64,000 bases of DNA, taken from positions 4,384,001-4,448,000 of the forward strand of contig OZ252098.1 of assembly GCA_965248355.1 (NCBI GenBank), written 5' to 3'. Positions 20,261 through 31,214 of this stretch are shown here, piece after piece. Positions within the stretch are counted from its first letter, which is position 1. Every line of letters starts with the position of its first letter. This stretch comes from Candidatus Latescibacterota bacterium. GTDB taxonomy: Bacteria > Latescibacterota > UBA2968 > UBA8231. Position numbers and translations under genes: made by a program. The notes under the pieces were generated by a model that ran no database searches, had not been told where the DNA came from, and worked only from the letters and a program-made list of their open reading frames with translations.

Positions 20261-20302
20261 AAAGGGGGGCGATGGGAGCACGACCCATCGCCCCTTTTTT
20301 TT
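20261..20302 (+). terminator. Intrinsic (rho-independent) terminator
   Basis: 11-bp stem GGGGCGATGGG / CCCATCGCCCC, 7-nt loop, followed by T8. Confidence 0.85.
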
Positions 20303-20326
20303 GGCGCTTCGGGGAGGGCTTGGAGC

Positions 20327-23044
20327 ATGAACAGGTTTCTCGGTGTGGGGTTGCTCGCCGTCGTCGGGCTCACGGGGGTCCCCGTAGAGGCCATCGACTA
20401 CGGCTCGCGTCTCGGCGTCCAACGCGGGGGGGAGGTGGACTTCGCGCCTCGCGGGCCGGGGGTGCTGTTCGACGCCCTGGATCCGGCCCTCCGGAAGTGG
20501 TACGTCCCCCAGGAGCTCTACAACGACTACCGCTGGCGCCAGTGGGAGTACTCCAACTACGCCCGGCAGGAGTATCAGCGGTACGTGACCACCACCCTTG
20601 AGGGCGACTACTTCTACGACTTCTTCGGCAACTACGTCACCCGCGGCTGGCTGATCTACAACAACATCCAGCGCCAGCCCGAGCAGCGGGGCAGCCAGTT
20701 GTTCAAGGACGGGCGCTTCGGCGGCTGGTTCTCGGACGTGGTCGTTTCCTCCGACAGCAAGGGAGAGTACCACTACGCCATCACCATCGCCAACGGCCTG
20801 CGCACCACCCTCACCCCGCTGACGTTCTCCAAGCCAGACTTCGACGGCGTCCAGTTCGACCTGGCCACCGACAAGTACATGGCCACCGCCCTCTACTCCA
20901 GGGTGAGCCAGTCGGGCGGCAGCAGCACCTTTGCCGAGGGCATCAACCGCACCAACAACACCACCTTGATGGGAGGCCGCGGCACGGTGCAGGTGGGCGA
21001 CTTCACCACCCTGGGCGTCAACTTCGTCAACGCCCACCAGTCCAACACCCTCATCGACGGCTTCCAGGGCAACCCGCTGGCGGGGGAGCTGACCATCGAT
21101 CAGAAGGCCGAGCCGATCAGCTGGATCGAGGTCCTCCTCAGCGACGACTCCCCCGGGGATGGCGAGGGCGGGGCCGCCTTCTTCCCGGCCGGCTCAGACA
21201 TCGCCATCACCTACCTCGATGGCTCCGTCGACCGGGGCAAGAAGATCGGCTTCGCGCCGACCGTGGAGGGCGGGTTCCCCCAGGAGGGATTCGTATCGGC
21301 CGACGGGGAGGAGCAGATCACCCTGCGCTACGACTTCGAGAGTCCCGACTTCCTGCTCACCGCCTCCCAGGACAAGACGCAGATCCGCAAGGTCGAGTTC
21401 GAGCTCGTCCTCGGCAACGACTACAAGGTCCAGTACACCTCCAACCGCCAGGAGGGCAGCGCCAGCGACCCCGTCTTCCTGCTCGTGGCCCAGGCCCGGG
21501 GCAACGTCAAGGACAACACGAACCTGTCCATCGTCACCTTCGAGTACGGCCTGCCCACGGCTACCAGCATCTTCGGGTTCACGGTGGAGATCACCGACGT
21601 CAAGGGGGTGAACGTCTACGGCGAGTGGGACAACAGCCGCGTCTACCGCAAGTACCCCTACCCGAGCAACGACCAGGGCAACACCGACCACTCCCGATCG
21701 TCCGGGACCGACCAGCGTCCCTCGGCCAGCGCCTGGATGGTCCACGGCGACAAGAACGACTATCCGTTCTTCGCCTACGGCGAGGCCTTCGAGATCGATC
21801 CCGAGTATGCCACGAGCATCTGGGTCACCGAGCAGGACGGCACCATCGACTACACCTCCGGCTACTACCAGCGCGGCCAGCCCGGCCGCATCGAGCGCTT
21901 CACCTACGAGTTCGTCGAGGACAACGACGATCAGGACCGTACCCCCGACTGGGGCCGCAATGACGCCTTGGGCACCGACTACGCCGTGTTCCCCGGCTGG
22001 GACGAGAACAACGACTTCATCCCGGACTTCAACCAGAACGACAACGGACGCGTCATCAACCTGATCCCCGACTACGAGGAGCCCTTCCTCCGGCAGAACG
22101 TGGACCGGCCTGAGTTCCTCTACGGGATCGATGCCAACAACAACACCTGGGTGGACCGCTTCGAGAACGACAACGAGCCCGATCTGCCCTACAAGAGGAA
22201 CCGGCGGGGCTGGAACGCCTATGCCGGTATGTACCTGACACCCCAGGTGCGAGTAGCCGCCGGGCGGCTCGAGGAGGAGGAGATCACCTCCGACCGGGCG
22301 AACGAGACCTCCTACGCCCTGCTGAACGTCGACGCCGACCATCCCCTCTGGGGTCGGTTTCGCTTCTTCGAGATGGTCAAGAGCATGCGGGACGACCTGC
22401 CGGACAACATCCTCCAGTGGGACAACCGTAACACCCTGCGCAACGACCGCAACGTCGAAGTCATCGACCCCTTGCTCGGCCGCGACACCTTCTCCAACAC
22501 GGTCGCCCTGGCCCATTCCGTGTCGCCCCTGGGCGGCCTGCGCGTGAAGAACAGCTTCAAGTGGGACCTTTGGCACCAGCGGCTGAGCGCGGAGGAGCGC
22601 CGGCCCCTGGGCCTGGGATCCAGGGAGTTCTTCATCGGCCTGATCAACAAGGCGGAGTACCGCTTCGACTTGGGCCGCCTGGAGATCGAGCCCCGCTGGA
22701 AGAGCGAGTTCCGGCATCAGACCTACGACCTCTTCTCCAACCGCGAGCGGCGCGAGCTCACCGAGATCGTGGGGACCATCGTCGAGTTCCCCATGCTGAG
22801 CCATTCCGTCGTCTCCACCGGGTTGGAGTACGTGCGCTTCAGCGACCTGGACAGCGACGTGAACGACTTCCAGTCCTTCATCGTCGCCGGGCAGTTGACC
22901 AATGTCTCCGCGTACCAGGGATACCAGTTGACCACTCAGGTCGGCCTCAAGCACGACCTCCGGGACTTCGAGGATCCCTCGGTGAAGAGCAAGTCCGTAA
23001 CCGAGGGTTTCATCACCGTCTACGCGGGTCTGGGCACCCCCTGA
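20327..23044 (+). CDS. Uncharacterised 905-aa exported protein, probable outer-membrane beta-barrel
   Basis: Signal peptide ending VEA, Tyr/Trp/Asn-rich, amphipathic strands in the C-terminal half ending GFITVYAGLG, Asp-rich DxNxD loops. Confidence 0.7.
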   Translation: MNRFLGVGLLAVVGLTGVPVEAIDYGSRLGVQRGGEVDFAPRGPGVLFDALDPALRKWYVPQELYNDYRWRQWEYSNYARQEYQRYVTTTLEGDYFYDFFGNYVTRGWLIYNNIQRQPEQRGSQLFKDGRFGGWFSDVVVSSDSKGEYHYAITIANGLRTTLTPLTFSKPDFDGVQFDLATDKYMATALYSRVSQSGGSSTFAEGINRTNNTTLMGGRGTVQVGDFTTLGVNFVNAHQSNTLIDGFQGNPLAGELTIDQKAEPISWIEVLLSDDSPGDGEGGAAFFPAGSDIAITYLDGSVDRGKKIGFAPTVEGGFPQEGFVSADGEEQITLRYDFESPDFLLTASQDKTQIRKVEFELVLGNDYKVQYTSNRQEGSASDPVFLLVAQARGNVKDNTNLSIVTFEYGLPTATSIFGFTVEITDVKGVNVYGEWDNSRVYRKYPYPSNDQGNTDHSRSSGTDQRPSASAWMVHGDKNDYPFFAYGEAFEIDPEYATSIWVTEQDGTIDYTSGYYQRGQPGRIERFTYEFVEDNDDQDRTPDWGRNDALGTDYAVFPGWDENNDFIPDFNQNDNGRVINLIPDYEEPFLRQNVDRPEFLYGIDANNNTWVDRFENDNEPDLPYKRNRRGWNAYAGMYLTPQVRVAAGRLEEEEITSDRANETSYALLNVDADHPLWGRFRFFEMVKSMRDDLPDNILQWDNRNTLRNDRNVEVIDPLLGRDTFSNTVALAHSVSPLGGLRVKNSFKWDLWHQRLSAEERRPLGLGSREFFIGLINKAEYRFDLGRLEIEPRWKSEFRHQTYDLFSNRERRELTEIVGTIVEFPMLSHSVVSTGLEYVRFSDLDSDVNDFQSFIVAGQLTNVSAYQGYQLTTQVGLKHDLRDFEDPSVKSKSVTEGFITVYAGLGTP

Positions 23045-23081
23045 GGCGCCTTCAACGACTCGGCGGCGGCGGCCAGGAGGC

Positions 23082-25388
23082 GTGCGGCCGGCCCTGAGCG
23101 GTATTCGGTCCCACTGGCGAGGCGGTTCCGGAGCGGCGGCGATCTTCGCCGTCGCCCTCGTCCTCCGTTTCGCCTATCTGAGCGAGATCGACAGCAGTCC
23201 CTTCTTCGACGCTCCCGTCGTCGACGCCCGCACCTACGCCGACGCGGCCCGAGAGTTGGCCGCCGGTGCTTGGCTCGGCCCGGGCGCGCCCTTCTGGCAG
23301 CCCCCCCTCTACCCCTATTTCCTCGGTGCGGTCTGGGCGGTCACCGGCGTCGGGTGGATCGCGCCGCGGGTCCTGCAGGCCCTCCTCGGGGCCCTGACCT
23401 GCGTTCTGCTCTGGCGGTTGGGGTGCCGCACTCTGTCGGGACCCGTGGGGCTGGCGGCAGCCCTCGCCGCGGCCCTTTGGGGGCCCCTGGTGCTGTTCGG
23501 AGGCGAGCTGCTGCCGGCCGCCCTTGCAGTGCCCCTCGACCTCGCGGCGCTGCTGCTCTTGTTGGGCGCCGCGGAGGCGTCGACTCGCGGCGCACGGGCC
23601 CGCGGGGCGCTCCTGGCCGGGGCGGGCATGGGAGTGGCGGCCCTGTGCGTGGCCAACGTGCTGGCCTTCGTGCCGGTGGCCGCCGCCTGGCTGGCGCGGC
23701 GGCGGTCCCCGGCGACCGGACCCGCCTGGCTGGCGCCGGGGATGGTGTTCGTCGGAGCGGCCCTGGCTATCGCCCCGGTCACGGCGCGCAACGTCCTGGT
23801 GGGCCACGACCTCGTGCTGATCTCCTCCAACGCCGGGGTCAACGCCTTCATCGGCAACAACCCCGACTTCGAGCGCACCCGGGCCATCGAGCCCGGACCG
23901 GAATGGGTGGAGCTGGTCTCCCGTCCGCGGCGGGAAGCCGGGGCCATCACCCCGTCGGGCCAGTCGCGGTGGTTCCTCGTCCGCGCCCTCGAGTTTGCGG
24001 TCACCGAACCGGCGGCCTGGTTGCGGCTCACCGCCCACAAGGCCCACCGCTTCGTCCACGGCGCCGAGACCGGCCGCAACCTGGACCTCTACCAGGCCCG
24101 GACCTGGTCCGGACTGCTGTCGGCCCTTCTCTGGAGCCGCGGCCTGGCCTTCCCCATGGGACTGGCCATGCCCCTGGCCCTGCTGGGGGTGCTCCTGGGA
24201 TGGCGGGAAGGCAGGTTCAGGTGCCCCCGGGCGCGTCTGTTGCTGTGGTTCCTGGCGGTCTACGGCGGGACCGTGATCGCCTTCTTACCGGCTTCCCGTT
24301 ACCGGCTTCCCGTGGTGCCCGTGCTGCTGCTGCTGGCCGCCCTCGGCGCCCGGGAGCTGGCGGTGTGGGCGCGCCGCGGCTGGCGGCAGGCCGCGCTTCC
24401 CGCCGGCGTCCTGCTCGCCTTCGGTGCTCTGTGCAACATCGACGCCCCGGTCATGGATCCGGAGGGAGGCGCCTCGACGCAGCACCGTCTGGGCTTCGTC
24501 TATCAGCAGAAGGGGATGGGGGCGAACGCCCTGCGCCACTACCGGCGCGCTCTGCAACTCGACCCGGAGATCCGCGGGGCCCGCTACAACCTGGGAGCCC
24601 TGTACGCGGAGCAAGGCCGGTTCGAGCGCGCCGTCCGGGAGTTCGAGGCCTTCGTGGCGCGCTTCCCGGACGACCCACAGGGCCTGCTGGCCCTGGGCGA
24701 TGCCCGCCTGCGCGCCGGGCGCCACGCCGCCGCCGTGAAAGCCTACCAGGACCTGCTGAGCCATCCCGGCCTGGCCGAGGCCCGGGCCCACGGCGCCGTG
24801 GCCGGGGGTCCGGTCGAGATCCATGGACGCCTGGCGGCGGCGCAGGCGCAGATCGGCCGGTTCGAGGAGGCCGCGTCCGCTTACCGGTCCCTGCTCGAGT
24901 TGGCGCCGGATTCACTGAACGCCCGCCTTCAACTGGGCATGGTGCTGGAGGAGCGCGGACGGCTCGCCGAATCAGAGTGGGAATACGCCGGGATTCTGGA
25001 ACTCGACCCCGGCCACGCGGACGCCCACGTGCGCCTGGCCGGACTGCTGTTCCGGGGAGACCGCCCGCAGGAGGCCAAGTCACATCTGGCGCGAGCCATC
25101 GAGCTTCGTCCGGAGAGCATGGAGGCGCGCTGGATGCTGGCGGCGCAGTTGATCGTCGAGCACCGCGGTCCCGAGGCCCTGGAGCAGGCCGAGGCGATCC
25201 TGGCGGTCGATCCCGATCATTTCGGGGCTACCTGGATCGCCGGCCATCTCCACCAGATCGTCGGGGACAGCCTCGTGGGCGCGGCCCACATCGAGCGCCT
25301 CAAGCGGCTCCACGTGAACCGGCGCCACGAAGGCTTTGCCGAGAGCCTCAAGCAGAGCCTGCGGGAGATGATGGAGGGGTTGCGCTGA
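23082..25388 (+). CDS. GT39/ArnT-PMT-like membrane glycosyltransferase fused to TPR array
   Basis: DARTY, PFWQPPLYPYFLG, SSNAGVNAFIGNNP, SRYRLP, about 12 TM then 7-8 TPRs; GGAGG before GTG. Confidence 0.82.
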   Translation: MRPALSGIRSHWRGGSGAAAIFAVALVLRFAYLSEIDSSPFFDAPVVDARTYADAARELAAGAWLGPGAPFWQPPLYPYFLGAVWAVTGVGWIAPRVLQALLGALTCVLLWRLGCRTLSGPVGLAAALAAALWGPLVLFGGELLPAALAVPLDLAALLLLLGAAEASTRGARARGALLAGAGMGVAALCVANVLAFVPVAAAWLARRRSPATGPAWLAPGMVFVGAALAIAPVTARNVLVGHDLVLISSNAGVNAFIGNNPDFERTRAIEPGPEWVELVSRPRREAGAITPSGQSRWFLVRALEFAVTEPAAWLRLTAHKAHRFVHGAETGRNLDLYQARTWSGLLSALLWSRGLAFPMGLAMPLALLGVLLGWREGRFRCPRARLLLWFLAVYGGTVIAFLPASRYRLPVVPVLLLLAALGARELAVWARRGWRQAALPAGVLLAFGALCNIDAPVMDPEGGASTQHRLGFVYQQKGMGANALRHYRRALQLDPEIRGARYNLGALYAEQGRFERAVREFEAFVARFPDDPQGLLALGDARLRAGRHAAAVKAYQDLLSHPGLAEARAHGAVAGGPVEIHGRLAAAQAQIGRFEEAASAYRSLLELAPDSLNARLQLGMVLEERGRLAESEWEYAGILELDPGHADAHVRLAGLLFRGDRPQEAKSHLARAIELRPESMEARWMLAAQLIVEHRGPEALEQAEAILAVDPDHFGATWIAGHLHQIVGDSLVGAAHIERLKRLHVNRRHEGFAESLKQSLREMMEGLR

Positions 25389-25405
25389 GCGCCTGGAGCG
25401 GTCGG

Positions 25406-28111
25406 TCAGTAGGCCACGGCGACCGTCCGCACCTGCTCGCTGGTGCGGGCGTCTCCCGCGACGGAGGCCCGCAGGATGTAGATCCCGGGGGGCACGGGGT
25501 TGCCCCCGTCGTCGCGGCCGTCCCAACTCAGCCGGGGCTGCGAGATCGGATCGTAGTGTCCGCTCAGGTCGGTGCTCTGGTAGAGCTCGCGCACCCGGCG
25601 GCCGGACAGGTCGAAGATGTGGATCGTCACCTCCGCCGGGCGGGTGATGGCGGTGATGTCGTAGGCGACCTTGAGCTCGTCGTTGATGCCGTCGCCGTTG
25701 GGCGTGAACGGGTTCGGCTGCAGGCTGATCGCCCCCACCAGGCTGCTCCGCGTGATCGCGGGGCTGAGCACCGTGATCCCCGAGGCCGTGGGCAGGTCGC
25801 CCTCTCCGAGGAAGGAGGCGTTGCCCGGGGTGATGCGCTGCACCGTGCCCGCTTCGGCGGCGAAACGCGCGGCCCCTCGGAACACGGTGCTGTAGAGCAG
25901 GACCCGGCTGCGGAAGTCGATCTTGACGAGGCGCTGTCCGCCGGGGGACGGCCGCTCGACGGCCGGGAAGCGCACGGCAAAGCCCTGATCGGTGACCGCT
26001 TCGACCCCGAAGCTGTCGCCCGCGGCCGAAGCCACGTGATACGGGAGCGGATGCCGGCTGCCGTCGGCCAGCACGACCTCCGGAACGCCGCCGGCGGTGA
26101 TGTCGGCGTTGATCTCCGCCTCGGCGAGGACGTCTTCCTGTTGCGTGCCGTCGAGGACCTGGATGCGGTCGATCCCCAGGACCCGGGTGGGGGTGGAGAT
26201 CTCGAAGCGGTCGAAGCCCTTGACCCCCGGGATGTCCATCAGGGCGCGCACGGCATAGGTGAAGGGCACCGTCTCGAAGGCCTCCACCTCACGGGGGTAG
26301 ATCTCGGCGATCAGGTCGTCCGCGATCGGGGGCGACAGGTACTCGATCGACAGCTGCTCGATCAGCTTGGTGGCGTCGATGGCCTGGTTCCTGAACTCCA
26401 CCGAGAACTGGATGTACCGCCGCGGTCCGGGTGACAGGATCGGCTCGCCCCCGGGCAGGTGTCCGCTGCGATAGGGCGCCGACCAGGGGCTCCACCGGCC
26501 CAGGTCGTCGGTGATTCCTCCCTTGTCCCAGACCAGGGGCGGATTCGCCTCGAGGTTCGGGCTCAGGCCCAGGTACTCTTCCCGCCCCAGCTGTTGAGAA
26601 GGGTCGGCGAGGGACTCGGAGAGCTCTGGATCGCCGGTGCGCTCCACGTTGCGGCGCGAGTAGAGCAAGGGCGTGGGGTCGCTCCCGGTGCGTGTGCGCA
26701 AGACGATCTGGGACAGGTCCTGCCCCGGACCGAGCTGGGCCGGACGGGATGCGGCCCGGGCGGCGCGTTTGCCCACTCCTGCGGTCACCGTCTGTCCGCC
26801 GGTCTCGTCGCGGCAGACCGTCTGGAAGCAGTTCCAGACCGTGATGTATCCGACCCCCTGGCGGTACGGGGATGAGGTCTCGCACGCTCCCCAGGTCTCC
26901 GGGATCTCGTCCACGGTGGCGAATTCCTTCTCGAGGACCTCGCAGTTGTCGGCCACGGCGGCTCCGGCGGCGTCCCCGTCCTGGCGTCTGTCCAGGAAGC
27001 GCTCGATCCAGCTGATGTTGCTCCAGGTCGCCACGGACCCCAGGTCGTAGATCGGCGACAGGTACCGGGCTTCGGAGATGAACCCCTGGCCGAAGACCTC
27101 GAGCTCGTCGAGCTCATAGGGGAAGGAGGAGATCGACTTCAGCCGCACGAAGCGCACCAGGCGCGAGGGGGAGACGGGGACGGTGACCACGGACTCCTGG
27201 TTGTCCACCGTGCGCAGCAGCACGTCGTAGTCCTGCAACTGAGGCACGAGACGGCCGGTGCCGTCCAGCACTAGATTCTGGCCGTCGTGCAGCATCAACT
27301 CGAACTGGCGCAGAAAGTCGTTCTGGAAGGGATAGTTGGGAGCCGGCTGAATGGTGTTGCGCGGGTAGAAGCGGACCCGGTTGACGCCGATCGGGGCGCC
27401 GAGGTCGAGGACGACGAAGGTCCCCAGCGCCCCCCGCTGCCCCTTGCGCTGGAAGGCGTCCTCGGACCCCCCCGGTGTGATCAGCTCCAACAGGATGGGA
27501 TCGAGGACGGATCTGGAGACGTCCTTGATCGCCGGGGCCTTGATGCGTCCGCCCCACCCGAGGGCCAGGTGGGCCACGTTCTCCCCGAAGGCCACGTGGT
27601 CCGGCGCCAGGGCGACGGGCAGCACCACCGGGTTGACGCCCTCTTGCCGCACCGTGTCCAGGGCCGCGTCCACGACCTCGACCGCCGACAGCAGGTCGGT
27701 GCCCGGCGCCAGCCGGAGGATGACGGAGAGCAGGTTTCCGCTGGCCACGACCTCGGTCTCATCGACTTCGGGCACCTCCTCGACTGCCGATTGCAGCGCG
27801 GCGGACAACCGGTCCGTCAGCACGGCGACGTCTCGATCGGCGGCTTCGATGACTGCCTTGATGAGCAGGCGGGGGGCCGTGTCCTGGAGCTGGGCGAGGT
27901 CGATGAGGTTCCCCGGCGTGCTGCCGATCTCGCTGAACTGCCGCTCGACCTTGTACTCGGGCGGGATCGTCGAGACGCCTTCGAGGAAGGAATCCCCGGA
28001 CCAGGATACATTGCCGAACAGGCCCACGCGCAACGTGTCCAGCGACGCCGCGGGCGCCGCTGCGATCAGGACGCAGGTCAGTGCGGGAAGCCACGGTCTT
28101 CTCGGGGTCAT
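25406..28111 (-). CDS. Secreted protein with discoidin-like module and C-terminal FlgD-Ig/CHU_C-like domain
   Basis: Signal peptide, LDLGAPIGVNRVRFYPR, ELEVFGQGF, RTRTGSD, WSPWSAPY, SPGPRRYIQ, PNPFTPNGDGIND...AVAY; SD GGAGGA before ATG 28111. Confidence 0.85.
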   Translation of the reverse strand: MTPRRPWLPALTCVLIAAAPAASLDTLRVGLFGNVSWSGDSFLEGVSTIPPEYKVERQFSEIGSTPGNLIDLAQLQDTAPRLLIKAVIEAADRDVAVLTDRLSAALQSAVEEVPEVDETEVVASGNLLSVILRLAPGTDLLSAVEVVDAALDTVRQEGVNPVVLPVALAPDHVAFGENVAHLALGWGGRIKAPAIKDVSRSVLDPILLELITPGGSEDAFQRKGQRGALGTFVVLDLGAPIGVNRVRFYPRNTIQPAPNYPFQNDFLRQFELMLHDGQNLVLDGTGRLVPQLQDYDVLLRTVDNQESVVTVPVSPSRLVRFVRLKSISSFPYELDELEVFGQGFISEARYLSPIYDLGSVATWSNISWIERFLDRRQDGDAAGAAVADNCEVLEKEFATVDEIPETWGACETSSPYRQGVGYITVWNCFQTVCRDETGGQTVTAGVGKRAARAASRPAQLGPGQDLSQIVLRTRTGSDPTPLLYSRRNVERTGDPELSESLADPSQQLGREEYLGLSPNLEANPPLVWDKGGITDDLGRWSPWSAPYRSGHLPGGEPILSPGPRRYIQFSVEFRNQAIDATKLIEQLSIEYLSPPIADDLIAEIYPREVEAFETVPFTYAVRALMDIPGVKGFDRFEISTPTRVLGIDRIQVLDGTQQEDVLAEAEINADITAGGVPEVVLADGSRHPLPYHVASAAGDSFGVEAVTDQGFAVRFPAVERPSPGGQRLVKIDFRSRVLLYSTVFRGAARFAAEAGTVQRITPGNASFLGEGDLPTASGITVLSPAITRSSLVGAISLQPNPFTPNGDGINDELKVAYDITAITRPAEVTIHIFDLSGRRVRELYQSTDLSGHYDPISQPRLSWDGRDDGGNPVPPGIYILRASVAGDARTSEQVRTVAVAY

Positions 28112-28146
28112 GGTTTCCTCCGGTGGCATTCGGCCCGGACGCAAGA

Positions 28147-28174
28147 TTGATTCCCCGGGCCGGCTGCATAGATT
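28147..28174 (+). promoter_or_regulatory. Putative sigma70 promoter in the divergent intergenic region
   Basis: TTGATT-16 nt-TAGATT upstream of ATG 28226. Confidence 0.45.
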
Positions 28175-28225
28175 GTAGAAAAATCCTTCCTCGCTGACGA
28201 GCCCCGCTTGAGAGAGGGGGAGAGC

Positions 28226-30374
28226 ATGACCCGCCCGAGTCCGCTGTGCCGCATCCCGTCGGCCCTTCTCGGGGCCGCCTGCGTCCTCTGGCAGCCGGCC
28301 ACGACCGCGGCCTTCGATGTCTACAAGATCGGTGGCCCGGACGGCAACGCCTGGGGGGCGCCCATCTCCTTTGAGCCTGGAACCTCACGGATCTTCGACG
28401 TGGAGGGAGCGGTGGTCGGCACCCGGAGTCTGTCGACGATCCGGACCTTCGCCACCTGGGGCGATACCCTGACCGAGGTGGTGGACAGCCTCGGGGGCCT
28501 GTGGCTGCAGCCGTTCTACATCCCCGACACCCTGAACCTCGCCCAGGACGGCGTCCGCGAACGAATCGGGAGGGGCATCTCGAACAACATCATCACCAGC
28601 GGGACGTGCTACAACAACATCTCGCAGGTGACCAAGGCGCGGCCCATGTTCGACGGCGATCCGACGACGGCGGCCTTCTATACCGCCAGCGCCTCGGACG
28701 ATCCGTCGATCCGGCGGGGCTTCTACATCCAGAACACGATCGTCGACCTCGGTCTCAACTACCCGGTCAACCGCATCCGCTTCTTCCCGCGGATCGGAAG
28801 CGAGAACGTCAAGTTCGACGAGATCCTCGAATCGTTGGATGAGCCCAAGCTCGATCCCGAGGCTCTCCTGACGGAGGACTTCTCCGGCAATTTCCTGCCC
28901 TGGTTCGAGCTGGCCGGCGCCGAGGCGGTCCACAACTTCGCCGCCAACTGCTACTGGCGCACCAGCACCAGCCCCTTCTTCCGGCGTATCCAGTACATCA
29001 GCAACCCGGAGCCGGATTCGCGCTGGGACATCCTGGCTCACGAGACGGAGAGCCTCGACATCGTCGTCGACGTCCGCTTCCCGACGCAGTTGTTCCAGTG
29101 GATCACCTTCCGGCCGCTGAACCCGATCCGCAACTGGGAGGTCGCCGAGTTCCAGGTCTTCGGGGAGGGCTTCGTCCCCCGGGCGGTGTACACCACCTCC
29201 GTCCTCGACCTGGGAGAATCCATGGCCCTGGGCCGGATCCGCCTGCAAGGCGCCAGGGATCCGGAGGGGCGCTTGCTGCTGCGAACCCGCACCGGCAGCG
29301 ATCCCGATCCCAACCTCTACTGGGAGCCGAGCACCATACCCGGGGAGCCTCAGCTGATCAGCCGCGAGGAGTGGGAACGGGCCAACATCACCGAACGGCA
29401 GGTCACCCTCGATCAGGAGAACTGGAGCTTCTGGTCCTCGCCCTACGACTGGAATGAGGCGCAGGTCGATCCGGCCGCCGATCCGGCCGCCTGGACCGAC
29501 GGCACGCCGATCCGGTCCCCGGGGCCGGCGCGCTACCTGCAGGTGCAGATGGTCTTCCTCTCCAAGACCAACGACGCGGCCCGGCTGCGGGAGATCGAGA
29601 TCCAGTTCTCCAGGCCGGCGGCCAGCCTGGTCCTGGGAGAGGTGTGGCCCATCGACGCGAAACGCCTGGGGTCGACTCCGTTCACCTACAGCGTCCTGCC
29701 CGACTTCGGGACCGAGGAGCAGGGCTTCGACCGGCTGGAGATCTTCACCCTCACCCGGGCCGACACGGTCCGGGCGGTGCGCGTCGACGGCGGCGAGATC
29801 GACATCCTCGGCGAGTTCAGGCCCCAGATCGAAGAGGACAGGATCCTCCTCTCCCTGCCGGAACTGCGGGGCCCCGGGGACGCCTTCAAGCTCATCGAGG
29901 TCGAGTTCGACACGCGCGTCGTGCGCTACGGCACCGAGTTCACCGGCTGGGTCTTCGATTCCGGATCCAGCGGCGTCAGGCAGCAGATCGAGGCCGGCGA
30001 GGCCAACGTGGCCTTCCCCGGCAATGCCCTGGGCGTGCGCACGGGGGAGGTCGGGGCGGAGTTGATCACCGGGGTGGTGGCGGCGCCCAATCCATTCACG
30101 CCCAACGGAGACGGCGTGAACGACGAGGTCTTCTTCCGTTTCCAGGTGCACGAGCTCTCCGATCCCAGGGTGCTGGAGGTCTCCCTCCACGACCTGTCCG
30201 GCCGCTTGGTGCGCCGCCTGAGCGACGACGCCATCGTGCGGGGGATCTACGGCGAGGCGGGCGTCCTGGGCTGGAACGGCCGCGACGAGAACGAGGCCGG
30301 TGTTCCGGCGGGGATCTACCTCTACCGGATCCTTCTCGAGACCGACTCCGGCGAGGAACAGCGGCTGGGCACGA

Positions 30375-30391
<17 letters not shown>
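28226..30391 (+). CDS. Secreted FlgD-Ig/CHU_C-tailed protein (paralog of 37987..40140)
   Basis: Signal peptide, DLGLNYPVNRIRFFPR, EFQVFGEGF, RTRTGSD, WSFWSSPY, SPGPARYLQ, PNPFTPNGDGVND...AVAY. Confidence 0.85.
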
Positions 30392-31197
<806 letters not shown>

Positions 31198-31214
<17 letters not shown>

